Of a DNA stretch of 54,706 nt, positions 28,308 to 37,700 are shown one piece after another. Under the pieces are notes generated by a model. The model was given only the letters and a program-made list of their open reading frames with translations. It was not told where the DNA came from and made no database searches. Origin of the DNA: a virus (taxonomy: Duplodnaviria; Caudoviricetes); the IMG/VR virus record IMGVR_UViG_3300044898_000038, positions 1 through 54,706 of that record. One strand, 5' to 3'. Each line of letters begins with the position of its first letter. Position 1 is the first letter of the stretch. The translations under genes were made by a program, and so were the position numbers.

Positions 28308-28334
28308 AAAAGCCCCGGACGCTGCCGGGGCTTT
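28308..28334 (-). terminator. Intrinsic terminator T1 after nusG-like gene
   Basis: AAA-GCCCCGG-CAGCGT-CCGGGGC-TTTT. Confidence 0.75.
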
Positions 28335-28367
28335 GGTTGCAGGCTTCGCACAACGCATGACGGGTGC

Positions 28368-28400
28368 GTGATCTTGCCGTGACGCTTGCGTGACGCTTGC
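28368..28400. repeat. Three tandem 11-bp repeats
   Basis: GTGATCTTGCC, GTGACGCTTGC, GTGACGCTTGC directly after the nusG-like stop codon. Confidence 0.7.
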
Positions 28401-28401
28401 T

Positions 28402-29088
28402 TTAGGAGAACTTTTCGAGAGACCGCATCGCGATGGTGGCAGGAGTGACGCGTCCGAACAGGTTCACTCCTACAGTTGCGCACATTGAGTCGTCAAGTTC
28501 CGAAAGCACGCCTGTGTTAATCTGCTGTTGAAGCTTGTGCGGTAGCTCTTCAAGCACGCCTGTGAAGCCCTTGAAGGCGCCGTCGTTGATCAGCACGCTC
28601 TCGCCAATCGCGAAGATGTCCTTAACCGCCGTCGAAGCCGGGATGATGCCGTCCTGTTCCAAACTGCGCAGATGCCCGATGTAAGCGTCATCGACCACGA
28701 CGGGCCGCTCCGCTGTACAGTGCAGCCCATAGACCCCCGCGAAGTCGAACAGTTCGTGGCAGCGCGGGTTGCGGAGATCGAAGCGGATGAAGGGATAGCT
28801 CGGAAAGACGGCCATCAACTTCGGCCTGCGGACTTCAGCACCCGCTCCGCGCTGCGATGGCGTGAGTTCCCGCTTCGGGACAAGGCGCATGACCAGCGTC
28901 TTTGGGTAATAGACCTCGTAACCGAAGGGTTTTAGGAAATCGGTAACCGCAGCTTCGGCTCCGGAACGCGCTTGCAGCAGATACCATGCCACACCGTCCC
29001 GCCTTCCTAACCGAGGCCCACGCGGCCAGGGACAAGCCGCGCCTTCAATCATTTCAGGTACTTCGAAACTTTCCACTGCCATCAGCAT
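28402..29088 (-). CDS. NusG-family transcription antiterminator (NGN + KOW)
   Basis: WYLLQ..SG.E, VFPSY.FIRF NGN motifs; GE.V.I.DG.F.GF.G KOW motif; V.LFGR.TP end. Confidence 0.9.
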   Translation of the reverse strand: MLMAVESFEVPEMIEGAACPWPRGPRLGRRDGVAWYLLQARSGAEAAVTDFLKPFGYEVYYPKTLVMRLVPKRELTPSQRGAGAEVRRPKLMAVFPSYPFIRFDLRNPRCHELFDFAGVYGLHCTAERPVVVDDAYIGHLRSLEQDGIIPASTAVKDIFAIGESVLINDGAFKGFTGVLEELPHKLQQQINTGVLSELDDSMCATVGVNLFGRVTPATIAMRSLEKFS

Positions 29089-29110
29089 CTTCCCTCACCC
29101 TCTCTTGTGT

Positions 29111-29536
29111 TCACTTGAAGTCTTCCTGCAAATCTTCTTCGGTCATCAGCGGCGGATCGGCGCCGGCCGGGTAAAGCTTGCCCTCGACGGACGGCGGCCA
29201 AGGCCAGGGCGCGCGGGATCCTGCATGCAGGTGTTGGCGAACCACGCCCGCGTCAAAGACGCCGCGAAGGAAGTCTTCCCACGAGCCTGCCTGCTGATAG
29301 GTAAGCGTTACCCAGTCGGACTGTGGTGGAGCCTTCGCAAACGCCGTCAGTTGTTCCGTCATCCGTTTGGTGAAGCTCACACCCTCCGCGCGGCGGAAAA
29401 TGATGAAGAAAGCCCGCGTGCGGCCAACGATGTCGTGAAGCACGCGGATCGCCTTGGCCTCATCGCTGTCGTGTCCGTAAACGGGAAGGCCCGTCTCAAT
29501 GACCGGACGCGGCTTCTGTTTGTGCTTGCGTCTCAT
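29111..29536 (-). CDS. Hypothetical phage protein
   Basis: Translationally coupled ORF in the early-right operon. Confidence 0.6.
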   Translation of the reverse strand: MRRKHKQKPRPVIETGLPVYGHDSDEAKAIRVLHDIVGRTRAFFIIFRRAEGVSFTKRMTEQLTAFAKAPPQSDWVTLTYQQAGSWEDFLRGVFDAGVVRQHLHAGSRAPWPWPPSVEGKLYPAGADPPLMTEEDLQEDFK

Positions 29537-30150
29537 GCCCGCCTCGCCTGATCTTCAAGGCGCACCGGAGCCGAGAGCAGTGCAGTGACGTTGTCGAGTG
29601 CCTTCCGGTATGGCTTCACGATTTGCTTGATGAACTGATAGACCTCCGCGTCGTTCGGACACCAACTGAGGCTCAACTTCTTGCCATTGAGCACAGCTTC
29701 GCCGCAGTGAATGTCATTGCAGCCCTGCTCGATCGCCCAAAGCGGGAATGTTTTCAGGATATGGCGCAATCCATTGAGGTTTGCAGCGGCGGCCTCGTCA
29801 TCGTCATGACGCAGAGATTTGATTCCCCCGAACATCAGCGACATCGCTTCAATCGCCTTGTCTTGTTCAGATGGCGTGAACGGTGCACAGCCTATTTCCA
29901 GTTCGCGGCGCCGACGTTCCACGACCGCGCGCTCGCCTTCCGTCAGCGCCCGCGCGATCGTCGTTGGCACGCCGTATTCGTCGCGGTTCCGCCAAAGCCT
30001 GCTGATGTCATAGTCCGCCGCATAATCGATTATGGCAGGCCTAACTGCCGTCGACGCGACCGCCGGAAGATTGGCCGAGCCTTGCCGCGATGCGAGCGTA
30101 GGCATTGCCCTTTCCCGTTGATGATCGATGACCGCTAGCTGCTTGAACAT
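29533..30150 (-). CDS. Replication-associated protein (lambda P-like position)
   Basis: Follows the initiator; L..FP.WAI..GC....W.P..AE motif. Start uncertain. Confidence 0.55.
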   Translation of the reverse strand: MFKQLAVIDHQRERAMPTLASRQGSANLPAVASTAVRPAIIDYAADYDISRLWRNRDEYGVPTTIARALTEGERAVVERRRRELEIGCAPFTPSEQDKAIEAMSLMFGGIKSLRHDDDEAAAANLNGLRHILKTFPLWAIEQGCNDIHCGEAVLNGKKLSLSWCPNDAEVYQFIKQIVKPYRKALDNVTALLSAPVRLEDQARRA

Positions 30151-30925
30151 TGGATATCTCCGGAACGGGACGGCTTTGGCGCGCGATCTCTTCGGCGATC
30201 GCGTTTTCGAAATACTGGACGGATTTTGCTGGCGGACCGGTGTTGCGCGCCACGACGCCGCGGACCGCAGCGACGATTATTTCGGCAGGCCAGCCGGTGT
30301 TGAGCCAGGTCTGCACGCGCATCGGGGCGCCGCACCAACCGGGAGGCCAGAACTTCGGATCGTGGCCTGCGATCACAAGCAATCGTTCTGCCAAATCCAT
30401 TGCGAGCTTTTCGACCAACGGTCGCGCGCACGCATCATCAGCAACAGCAACTGGTTCAACTGACGGTTCACTTTGGGGGTTGCCGCAGTGATACCCCCGG
30501 GGTGTCAGATCAGCACCCCCGGGGTTGCTAATCTGCTCAGGGGGGGATGCTGGCTGACACCCCCCCTCACCCCCATCTTCGTCCGCTGATTCAGCGTCAT
30601 TTTCGGTCGTTTCGCTAGCCTTCAAGGCCTGCGTTCGGCGCATGACTTCATCGGCCGTCAAGGCCAAATCCAGCCTTATTTCATCGGTCGTTTGCGAGCC
30701 GTCCTCGCGATATCGCTCGAACACTCCAAGCACCCGAAGATCGACAAGGAACTTCATCCGCCGGTTGATCGTGGCGCGCGACTGCGAGCTCTTCGATGCG
30801 ATCAGGTCGCGCGACGGCCACGCGATGCCTTCATCGTCGGCATTGTCGGCTATCGCGAGCAGCGCGATTTTGGCGCGCGGTTCCAGCGGCAGGCCGAACG
30901 CCCATGTCATAGCCTTAATGCTCAA
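30041..30925 (-). CDS. Replication initiator with N-terminal winged HTH
   Basis: S..AM.WA...K..LL.IAD.AD..G.AWPS...IA.....SR.TI.R motif. TTG start inferred. Confidence 0.8.
   Translation of the reverse strand: MSIKAMTWAFGLPLEPRAKIALLAIADNADDEGIAWPSRDLIASKSSQSRATINRRMKFLVDLRVLGVFERYREDGSQTTDEIRLDLALTADEVMRRTQALKASETTENDAESADEDGGEGGCQPASPPEQISNPGGADLTPRGYHCGNPQSEPSVEPVAVADDACARPLVEKLAMDLAERLLVIAGHDPKFWPPGWCGAPMRVQTWLNTGWPAEIIVAAVRGVVARNTGPPAKSVQYFENAIAEEIARQSRPVPEISNVQAASGHRSSTGKGNAYARIAARLGQSSGGRVDGS
30476..30564. repeat. Iteron-like repeats, putative replication origin inside the initiator gene
   Basis: Four units with 22-23 bp period, mostly GGGG-N12-14-ACCCCC. Confidence 0.6.
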
Positions 30926-31039
30926 CCTGCACCTGTGGACAACTCGTAAAACGGGGACAACCGCACCCCAAACCACCCTTGCGAGGCGACGAAGGGACGG
31001 CCGTGTGAGAGGATGGGACTGTGGAAAAGGCTGCGGTCA

Positions 31040-32833
31040 TCAGAACGGCTCCGCGTCGTCGTCAAGAGCCGGGACATTCGGATTGTCGGGATCGATGCCT
31101 GCCCGTTCCAGGTACGCCCGCGCCAAAGCCTTCATTCGGGATTCATCGGTCTGCGCTGCGATGACGCCGCGCTTCGGGTCGACGATGCCGTGCGCCTGCG
31201 AAGCCTTGAGGCCTTGAACGGACGCGACCGCCGGATCGCTGCCGCCGTCGGCGAGAAAGAACAATTCCGTTATTGGATCCTGCCGGTCATGCGGGCGTAG
31301 CCGGCCGGCGAGCTGCTTGTGCACCTCTTTCGACCAATCGAGTTCGCCATGCGCCACGGTCGCGCAGCGATGCTGCAGTCCGTCCAGGCCTGCGCCGGAA
31401 CGCAGCGACATGATGATCAGGTCGGTTTCCCCCGACATGAACGCGGCCTTGGCCGCATCCTTTTGTTTCGGACTTTCCGTGCCCGTGTACATCACGGGAT
31501 TGTAGGCTGCGAGTTCCTTAAGCCAGATGTCGTACACGTCGCGATGCCAGCCGCCGAGAATGACGGGCGTCTTGGCGTCGAGCAGGATTTTGATATAGGC
31601 CGCGACGTGGCGGGCCTTCGCAACGCCCGTCACACGGCGGGCAAACATATCGAGTTCGCGCGCGGCCTGCCCGCGCTCGGTGAAGCTGCCCTGCAGCACC
31701 TTGATCGCGAGGCTGCGGGCGAAGGCCTCATCGGCTTCGGCGACCTCGTTGTCATAAGGCACGTCGATGATGAGCCGGTTCGACGGAGGGCCTTTGCCGA
31801 TCTCGCGCAAGAGCAGGTTGAGGTCATACAGATGCGCGCCGAGCGCCGGAGCATCCTTGACGATCATCTTGCCGTCGTCGGAGACGCACCACTCGCGGAT
31901 GAATTCTTCCTTGGAGCCGAGCGCGCCGGGATCGATGAAATCGACCACATGCCACATCTCGCCGCCGTAGCCGAAGATCGGCGTTGCCGAGAGGCCCATG
32001 CGCAAGGCCGCGTTGTTTGCGAAAAGTCTTGCGGCGCGGCCCTTTTCCGTCTCGACGCCGTGACGAAGCGACTGCACCTCATCGAAGATCACAGACCGAA
32101 AGCGCCCGGTCGCCGCGACATCGGACCAGCCTGCGATCTTCGAATAAGAGAAGATGTAGATATCCCGGTCCGGCAGGGTGTAGGGCGTGGTGCTGGCGAC
32201 GATGTGCGCCGACATCGTCGTAAACTTTTTCACGAATTCGTCGTACCACTGGTTGACGACGTGGACTTCACAGATCACGGCGGCCGGCAGGAAGCGGTCG
32301 TCCATCACGGCCGCGAGCGCCGCAAGCGTCTTTCCCAAGCCGACGTCGTCGGCGATGATCAGTCGGCCAAGCTTCTTGGCGATCTCGCAGGCGCGAGCCT
32401 GGTTCGGTCGAAGTGCCACACCTTCGCGCAGCCGCGGCAGGATCGTGGACGGTTGCCAGTCCGGCAGAAACACCCGCTCGATCTCGCTTCGGGTCGTCTC
32501 AAATCGCACCCGGCCGTCGCACAGCATCTGCCGGTCCGCCGGCGACATCACAAGCGGATAGCGGCCTAAAAACCATTCCAGTTCCGCGCGCGATTCGTCG
32601 CTGTCGGCAAATCCGAACAGACCCACCTGCGTCAACGATATCCGCGGGAAGATGCGCTTGACCCGGATTGCGACCTGAGGCTCGAGGCCGGAGATGATCC
32701 AGCGCTTCTGTTCCGGCTGATAGGCGAGCTTGCCATAGGTCCGCTCGACAGCCTCTTCATTGCGCCACGCGAGATCGAGCGCCGCCTTAATGAGCGGCGA
32801 GTTCCAGAAATCTTCGTCCTGGGTGACTGCCAT
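31040..32833 (-). CDS. SNF2-family helicase/ATPase
   Basis: IIADDVGLGKT, DEVQ, LSATP, GLDGLQ, Q..GRL. Confidence 0.9.
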   Translation of the reverse strand: MAVTQDEDFWNSPLIKAALDLAWRNEEAVERTYGKLAYQPEQKRWIISGLEPQVAIRVKRIFPRISLTQVGLFGFADSDESRAELEWFLGRYPLVMSPADRQMLCDGRVRFETTRSEIERVFLPDWQPSTILPRLREGVALRPNQARACEIAKKLGRLIIADDVGLGKTLAALAAVMDDRFLPAAVICEVHVVNQWYDEFVKKFTTMSAHIVASTTPYTLPDRDIYIFSYSKIAGWSDVAATGRFRSVIFDEVQSLRHGVETEKGRAARLFANNAALRMGLSATPIFGYGGEMWHVVDFIDPGALGSKEEFIREWCVSDDGKMIVKDAPALGAHLYDLNLLLREIGKGPPSNRLIIDVPYDNEVAEADEAFARSLAIKVLQGSFTERGQAARELDMFARRVTGVAKARHVAAYIKILLDAKTPVILGGWHRDVYDIWLKELAAYNPVMYTGTESPKQKDAAKAAFMSGETDLIIMSLRSGAGLDGLQHRCATVAHGELDWSKEVHKQLAGRLRPHDRQDPITELFFLADGGSDPAVASVQGLKASQAHGIVDPKRGVIAAQTDESRMKALARAYLERAGIDPDNPNVPALDDDAEPF

Positions 32834-32835
32834 GT

Positions 32836-33210
32836 TCACACCCAACCCCTGCCCAAATGCGCGACGGAAACCGGCTTGCCGCACATCGGTGACGGCAGAG
32901 CCATCGGGACGTTGGTCGCAAGCACCAATTCATGAACGGCGGCATGGCCGCAGTAACGCTCGACCTGCCGGAAGATGTCGCGCCGGTTGCCTTTGATCTT
33001 GATCTCGATCGCCACGCCTTCGATCGGCGGCTCGGCCTGGTTCAAAATGAGGAAATCAACGATATCGCCGGGCGCCAGCCGATGCTCACGCCGGAAGTAC
33101 AGGCCATCCGCTGACAGCACGGTCGCGATCTGTTCCTGCAACTGCTTTTCATCCGACAGCGACAGGCGATGCGAGGTGAGCAGGTGGACGATGCGGGCAC
33201 GAAGTGGCAT
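32836..33210 (-). CDS. Putative PD-(D/E)xK nuclease
   Basis: E..LQ...RE..L...IVDF...AIEIK...QV.RY pattern. Confidence 0.6.
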   Translation of the reverse strand: MPLRARIVHLLTSHRLSLSDEKQLQEQIATVLSADGLYFRREHRLAPGDIVDFLILNQAEPPIEGVAIEIKIKGNRRDIFRQVERYCGHAAVHELVLATNVPMALPSPMCGKPVSVAHLGRGWV

Positions 33211-33492
33211 TCACACCATCCCCAGCGCCTGCATATACGTCTCCAGGATGGTTTCCTGTTCCTGCCGCTCGTTGGCGTCCTGCTTGCGCAGGCGCACGAT
33301 GGTGCGCAGCGCCTTGACGTCGAAGCCGTTGCCCTTGGCCTCCGCGTAGACGTCGCGGATATCGTCCGAGATGGTTTTGCGCTCTTCGTCGAGGCGCTCG
33401 ATCCGCTCGATGATGGACTTGAGCTGATCCTTGGCGAACTTCGTGGCCCGCTGATCATTCGCAGCGGCAGACGATTCAACGCGCGCGAGCAT
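33211..33492 (-). CDS. gapR: GapR (DUF2312) nucleoid-associated DNA-binding protein
   Basis: [40 protein letters not shown]...LETY..ALGM. Confidence 0.93.
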   Translation of the reverse strand: MLARVESSAAANDQRATKFAKDQLKSIIERIERLDEERKTISDDIRDVYAEAKGNGFDVKALRTIVRLRKQDANERQEQETILETYMQALGMV

Positions 33493-33552
33493 GGCGCTTC
33501 TCCGTTTCGGTTTGAATTTTGGGGACGCAACAGACGCAACGAACAACACAGA

Positions 33553-33759
33553 TCAGCGCGGCACGATCTCCCAGCCGGCGTCACGGATCGCCTTCAGCAC
33601 GGTCGCCACGATGAGGCCGTCCGGATCAATCAAGCCGCCCGGTTTCCACTCTGTGACGGACAGCGCGATTGCGACGGCTTCTGCGGGCTCGACCAGCGGA
33701 CCGGCGCGCGGCTTGCGGGCGTCGACCGCGGCTTGATCGATGGTGAGGGTGTCAGGCAT
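33553..33759 (-). CDS. Hypothetical phage protein
   Basis: Coupled short ORF. Confidence 0.55.
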   Translation of the reverse strand: MPDTLTIDQAAVDARKPRAGPLVEPAEAVAIALSVTEWKPGGLIDPDGLIVATVLKAIRDAGWEIVPR

Positions 33760-34109
33760 TAAAGAACTTTCGGATACCCGATCTCGAGCGACTTCGAATT
33801 GAACACCTCGCGCGCGGCTTCCTCTATCGTGAAGCCGCCCGCGCGAGCCATCAAATCGAGATAGACGAACGTGTCGCCGACCTCGCGCTTAAGCTTCGCG
33901 CGCAGTTCAGCTTCCGTTTCCTTATTGCCCTTCACGCCGTCGCGCACGCGGTTCAGCTTTTTGACGATATTGGCCGCCTCGCCCAGCTCGCCAAGCGTGG
34001 CCGTCATCCAGTCCGACAGGGACCATCCTGTCAGTGGATGATTGAAGCCCTTCGGGTCTTCGCATCGCGCGAAGTTCGCGGCACTGAAATCTGCAAACGT
34101 GATCGACAT
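33759..34109 (-). CDS. MazG-like nucleotide pyrophosphohydrolase
   Basis: GELGEAANIVKK...EVGD...YL motif; GGAGG RBS before MSITF. Confidence 0.82.
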   Translation of the reverse strand: MSITFADFSAANFARCEDPKGFNHPLTGWSLSDWMTATLGELGEAANIVKKLNRVRDGVKGNKETEAELRAKLKREVGDTFVYLDLMARAGGFTIEEAAREVFNSKSLEIGYPKVL

Positions 34110-34120
34110 TTTCACCTCCA

Positions 34121-34255
34121 TTAGAGCATCACTCCCAAAAAAAGCCCGGCCGCGCAGGCGGCGGCAAGCACCTGTACTGTCGTCGGAGTGAGCATTGCGG
34201 CGACGACTGGCCCATGGCCGTAACTGCGAAACTGCCTGTAGCGAGCGCGCATCAT
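34121..34255 (-). CDS. Small membrane protein (44 aa)
   Basis: MMRARYRQF...VLAAACAAGLFLGVML; ATGA overlap; below ORF-track cutoff. Confidence 0.45.
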   Translation of the reverse strand: MMRARYRQFRSYGHGPVVAAMLTPTTVQVLAAACAAGLFLGVML

Positions 34256-34590
34256 CGCGATCTCCAATCCGGAAACGGCCGCTCAATCTCGCGATCCCAC
34301 CATCGTTTGCGGAGACCCCGAAAGCCGGGAACGGGCTGCTCAATGGTGCAGGCTACTGCGCCGCCCTTGCGCACGATCGCGCCGCCCCAGATGCCGGTAA
34401 CAGGTGCCCAACCGCGTAACTTACCGTGCGCCACGACGTAGAATCGGTCGCCGGGCTTAATCAGCGAGAGATAGCTATGGTTCGTAAACCAGCCCCACTC
34501 TTCGCCGGTCTCAGGCTCGCCCGCGGCATCGCCTTCTGCGATCCACTCTTCCCAAAAATCCTTCGGGCACGTTCCTACAAGATCGGTCAT
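34252..34590 (-). CDS. Hypothetical protein, possibly PUA/ASCH/EVE-like fold
   Basis: Trp-rich; PGDRFYVV..G.LRG motif and PGFRG.R end. Confidence 0.55.
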   Translation of the reverse strand: MTDLVGTCPKDFWEEWIAEGDAAGEPETGEEWGWFTNHSYLSLIKPGDRFYVVAHGKLRGWAPVTGIWGGAIVRKGGAVACTIEQPVPGFRGLRKRWWDREIERPFPDWRSR

Positions 34591-34697
34591 GGCCACCCCA
34601 CTGCGACATGAGAAACGAAAGCGAGATAGGCGATGAAGCCGAGGGCTAAAATCGAGCCTGATGCGCGCCGCGAGAGGGCTTTGAGGGTATCGGTCAT
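34587..34697 (-). CDS. Small membrane protein (36 aa)
   Basis: MTDTLKALSRRASGSILALGFIAYLAFVSHVAVGWP; overlap with next start. Confidence 0.45.
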   Translation of the reverse strand: MTDTLKALSRRASGSILALGFIAYLAFVSHVAVGWP

Positions 34698-34713
34698 GAC
34701 GCCTCAATCTCCA

Positions 34714-37700
34714 TCATGTCCGTTGGGGGGGGGTATTGACGGCATCGAACGTCGCCAGGTCGAACAGCTGCGGCGTTGTCATCTTTTCTTCGGCGATCCG
34801 GAGATAATGAACGCCATCAAGAAAATACTTGCTGTTGAGCTCGACAGCTGCACCCCGCCGTCCTTTAAGGATCGCGCGATATGGCACGGTCATGATCCCG
34901 CCGAAGGGGTCGTAAATCAGATCACCCTCGTTGGAGTATCGATCAATCAGCCGGTCTACCGTGTCGAATTGCAGCGGGCATATGTGCTTTTCGCGACCCT
35001 TGGCCGCCTGGTACATGTTCAGCGTGCGCATCCGGTCGACATCGTCCCAGATATCCGGATGCCAGGAGCCCGGCGCGAGACACATGAACTTGGTTGGTAG
35101 CCGACCGCGACGCTCGAGCTCTTCCCCGATCCGAACATGCTCTTCATAGTCGTAGATCACATTCCGCGTGGAGTTCGGAAACAGCCGCGACATCGTTTCC
35201 GGGCCCAGCGCAAGCAATTCGTCCATGGTCAACACGCGGTTGCCGCTCGATCGCCAGAACGCGTGCGCATCAATCTGCCAGCGTGCGCGGGAATAACCGG
35301 TACCCGGGATGATCGGAAGCTTCTTGTCGAACGACACGGCATTGCCCTCGGCGTCGGTGCACATCGGCTTTTGTTTGGTGACGCGAATATCAGCCCAGCC
35401 GCGGCTCTTGTCGGTTTGCGGCTTGCGGAAGAGCAATACCTTTTCCGGGCAGCCGACGCCCATGGTGGTGGAATCTTCCGCGTTCTTGCTCCATCCGAGC
35501 CGGTAATTGCCGGCGTTTTCGGTGACCACGTCGGTCAGGATTGATATCTCGCCGCAATACTGAAAGCCGTGGGCGCGATAGTGCATGATGGCTTCGCAGT
35601 GGAACGGGTAGACCGTTGGAACGCCCTCACCGGTGACGCTGCCGAATTCAATCTCGTCCTTGACATGGATGCAGGCCATCCGGCCGGGCTTCAGCATCCG
35701 CAGCAATTCAGCGGTGAGAAAATCCATTTGGCCCCAAAAGTGGCCGGCATCTTCGGTATGGCCGAAGTCGTTGTAGCTTTCAGCGTATTCGTATTTCTGC
35801 AGGAACGGAATCGAGGTGATGATCTGGTCGACCGAGTTGGCTACCCAACCCTTAGCCTCCGCGACGGTGTCATTGTTGACGGCGATAAACCTCTCACCTC
35901 TGATCTCGACGCGCTTCACGCCGATCGAGCGCGCCAGCGCGTCGCGCATCGGCAAAGTGTTGAGACCGTGCGCACGGATGATCGCGATCATCCGCGTGCG
36001 CATCTCGGTATCCTGCGCCAGCTTGCGTTCCAACGCCGCGCGGCCCTCGCGCTGATCTTCCGAATAGATCATGTGCGCCTTGACCGGCTTGGTTTGACCG
36101 TAGCGCTGCAGCCGCTTGATCGCCTGATACCAGAGTTCGAACTTATAGCCGTCGCCGGGCATGCCGACGAAGATCATCATATTACAGTGATACTGGAAAT
36201 TCGATCCGAGCCCCGACAGGATAGGCTTGGTGCCAAAGTCTTTGATCAACCCCTCTTCGAATTCGATGAGGCGCTTTTCGCGGGTGTCCAAGTCCATCCC
36301 GGATCCGGTGATGGTGACGATGCCGGGGACTGCGGATTCTAGCGCCAAACGCTCGGCTTCAAGGTCATGCCACCACAGGCAATGTTCGTCCGGCGTCTCC
36401 GCCTTGATTGCAACGGCCTTTGCCACACGCGCCGACAGACTGTCGCGACGAGAAGAAGCCGCCGCAGAAAGTCCCTGCGCAGCGTTCCGGAACAGGATGC
36501 CCTGCCCGTCACGGTCAGGCGAGGCCTTAGAGTGGTCTGCCGCTACCTCATGCCAGACCACCTCGACCGGCGGAAGATCATAACCTTCGTCGGAATAACC
36601 AAGGTCTGACGGCCGCTGCACGAACGCGGCCCACGAGTGTACCCACATCCAGAATTCATTGACCATATGCGGGTAGAGCGTGAGATTTCCCGCCTGTTCC
36701 GTATCGCGCTGAAAGAAACGTGTCAGCGCTTGACCGGTGTCCATCACACCGAGGAAGCCGGCATAATGGATTAGCTCCTTGAAGCGGTTCGGCGCCGGCG
36801 TCGCGGTTGCGACCAGCTTGAACGGCACTTTAGAAAAGAGAGGCAAGAATTCCTGAAATGTCTTGCTGCCATAGGAGCGTAGCACGCTGGCTTCATCTAG
36901 CGAGGTGGCGGCAAACAGGTTTGGGTCAAGCTTGCCGTCGCGGATCGGCTCGTAATTCGTCAGATAGTGCTCACAGCCGGCGACCATCTGATCTGGATGT
37001 TCGATGTATCTGGCATTGATACCGAGCGCGGCAGCATCCTTGATGAAGGAAACTGCCATATCGAGCTTCTGTTCGGCTTCATTGATAAAGCCGTGACGGC
37101 AGCCGAGCGGCAACACATTGAGTGTCGGGCCGCCAGTATGCTTGCCGAGCCGCCTTGCCCATTCCAGCTGCATCGCTGTCTTGTGCAGGCCGCATTCGGC
37201 GAAGATCGCGGCGCAGCCGAGCCGGAGCGCCCACACGACGATGTCCTTGTTGAAATCCTTCAGCCAGGGGTGCAGCGAGGCGCGCTCGATTTCAATGCCG
37301 CGGTACGGCGTGCTTACGATCTTGTCTTCGAGGAAGGCGTCATAGGACGGCCATTCGATTGCGAGGTCGTCGTCATCGGAAAGGGGTGCGGCACTCTCTC
37401 CGGCTGAAAGTTCCGCAGGCGCACACGCTTCACACCTCACATCGGCAACGGAGCCTGCGCCAATTGGCGCACCCTGTTGCGTTCGTGCTTGTATGCCGGC
37501 GAGATACTCATCACGCAAAGACGAACCCGCGCCATCAGGGGACAGTGACGGCACGGGCTCTGATCGCAGCTGCGGGGAAACATCTGCGATGTTGGATGCG
37601 CCCGCACCTTCGAGGGCCAAGGAAGAAGATGCGGGCGCCGGCGCGGACGCTAGCCGTTCCATGCCGTTGGTGATTGTTTCTGACGGGCCGGACGCTACGC

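Noticed and set aside
31040-33210. SNF2 helicase plus nuclease as a DISARM/BREX-type defence system
   Set aside because: Co-oriented within the phage early operon and lacking the other signature genes.
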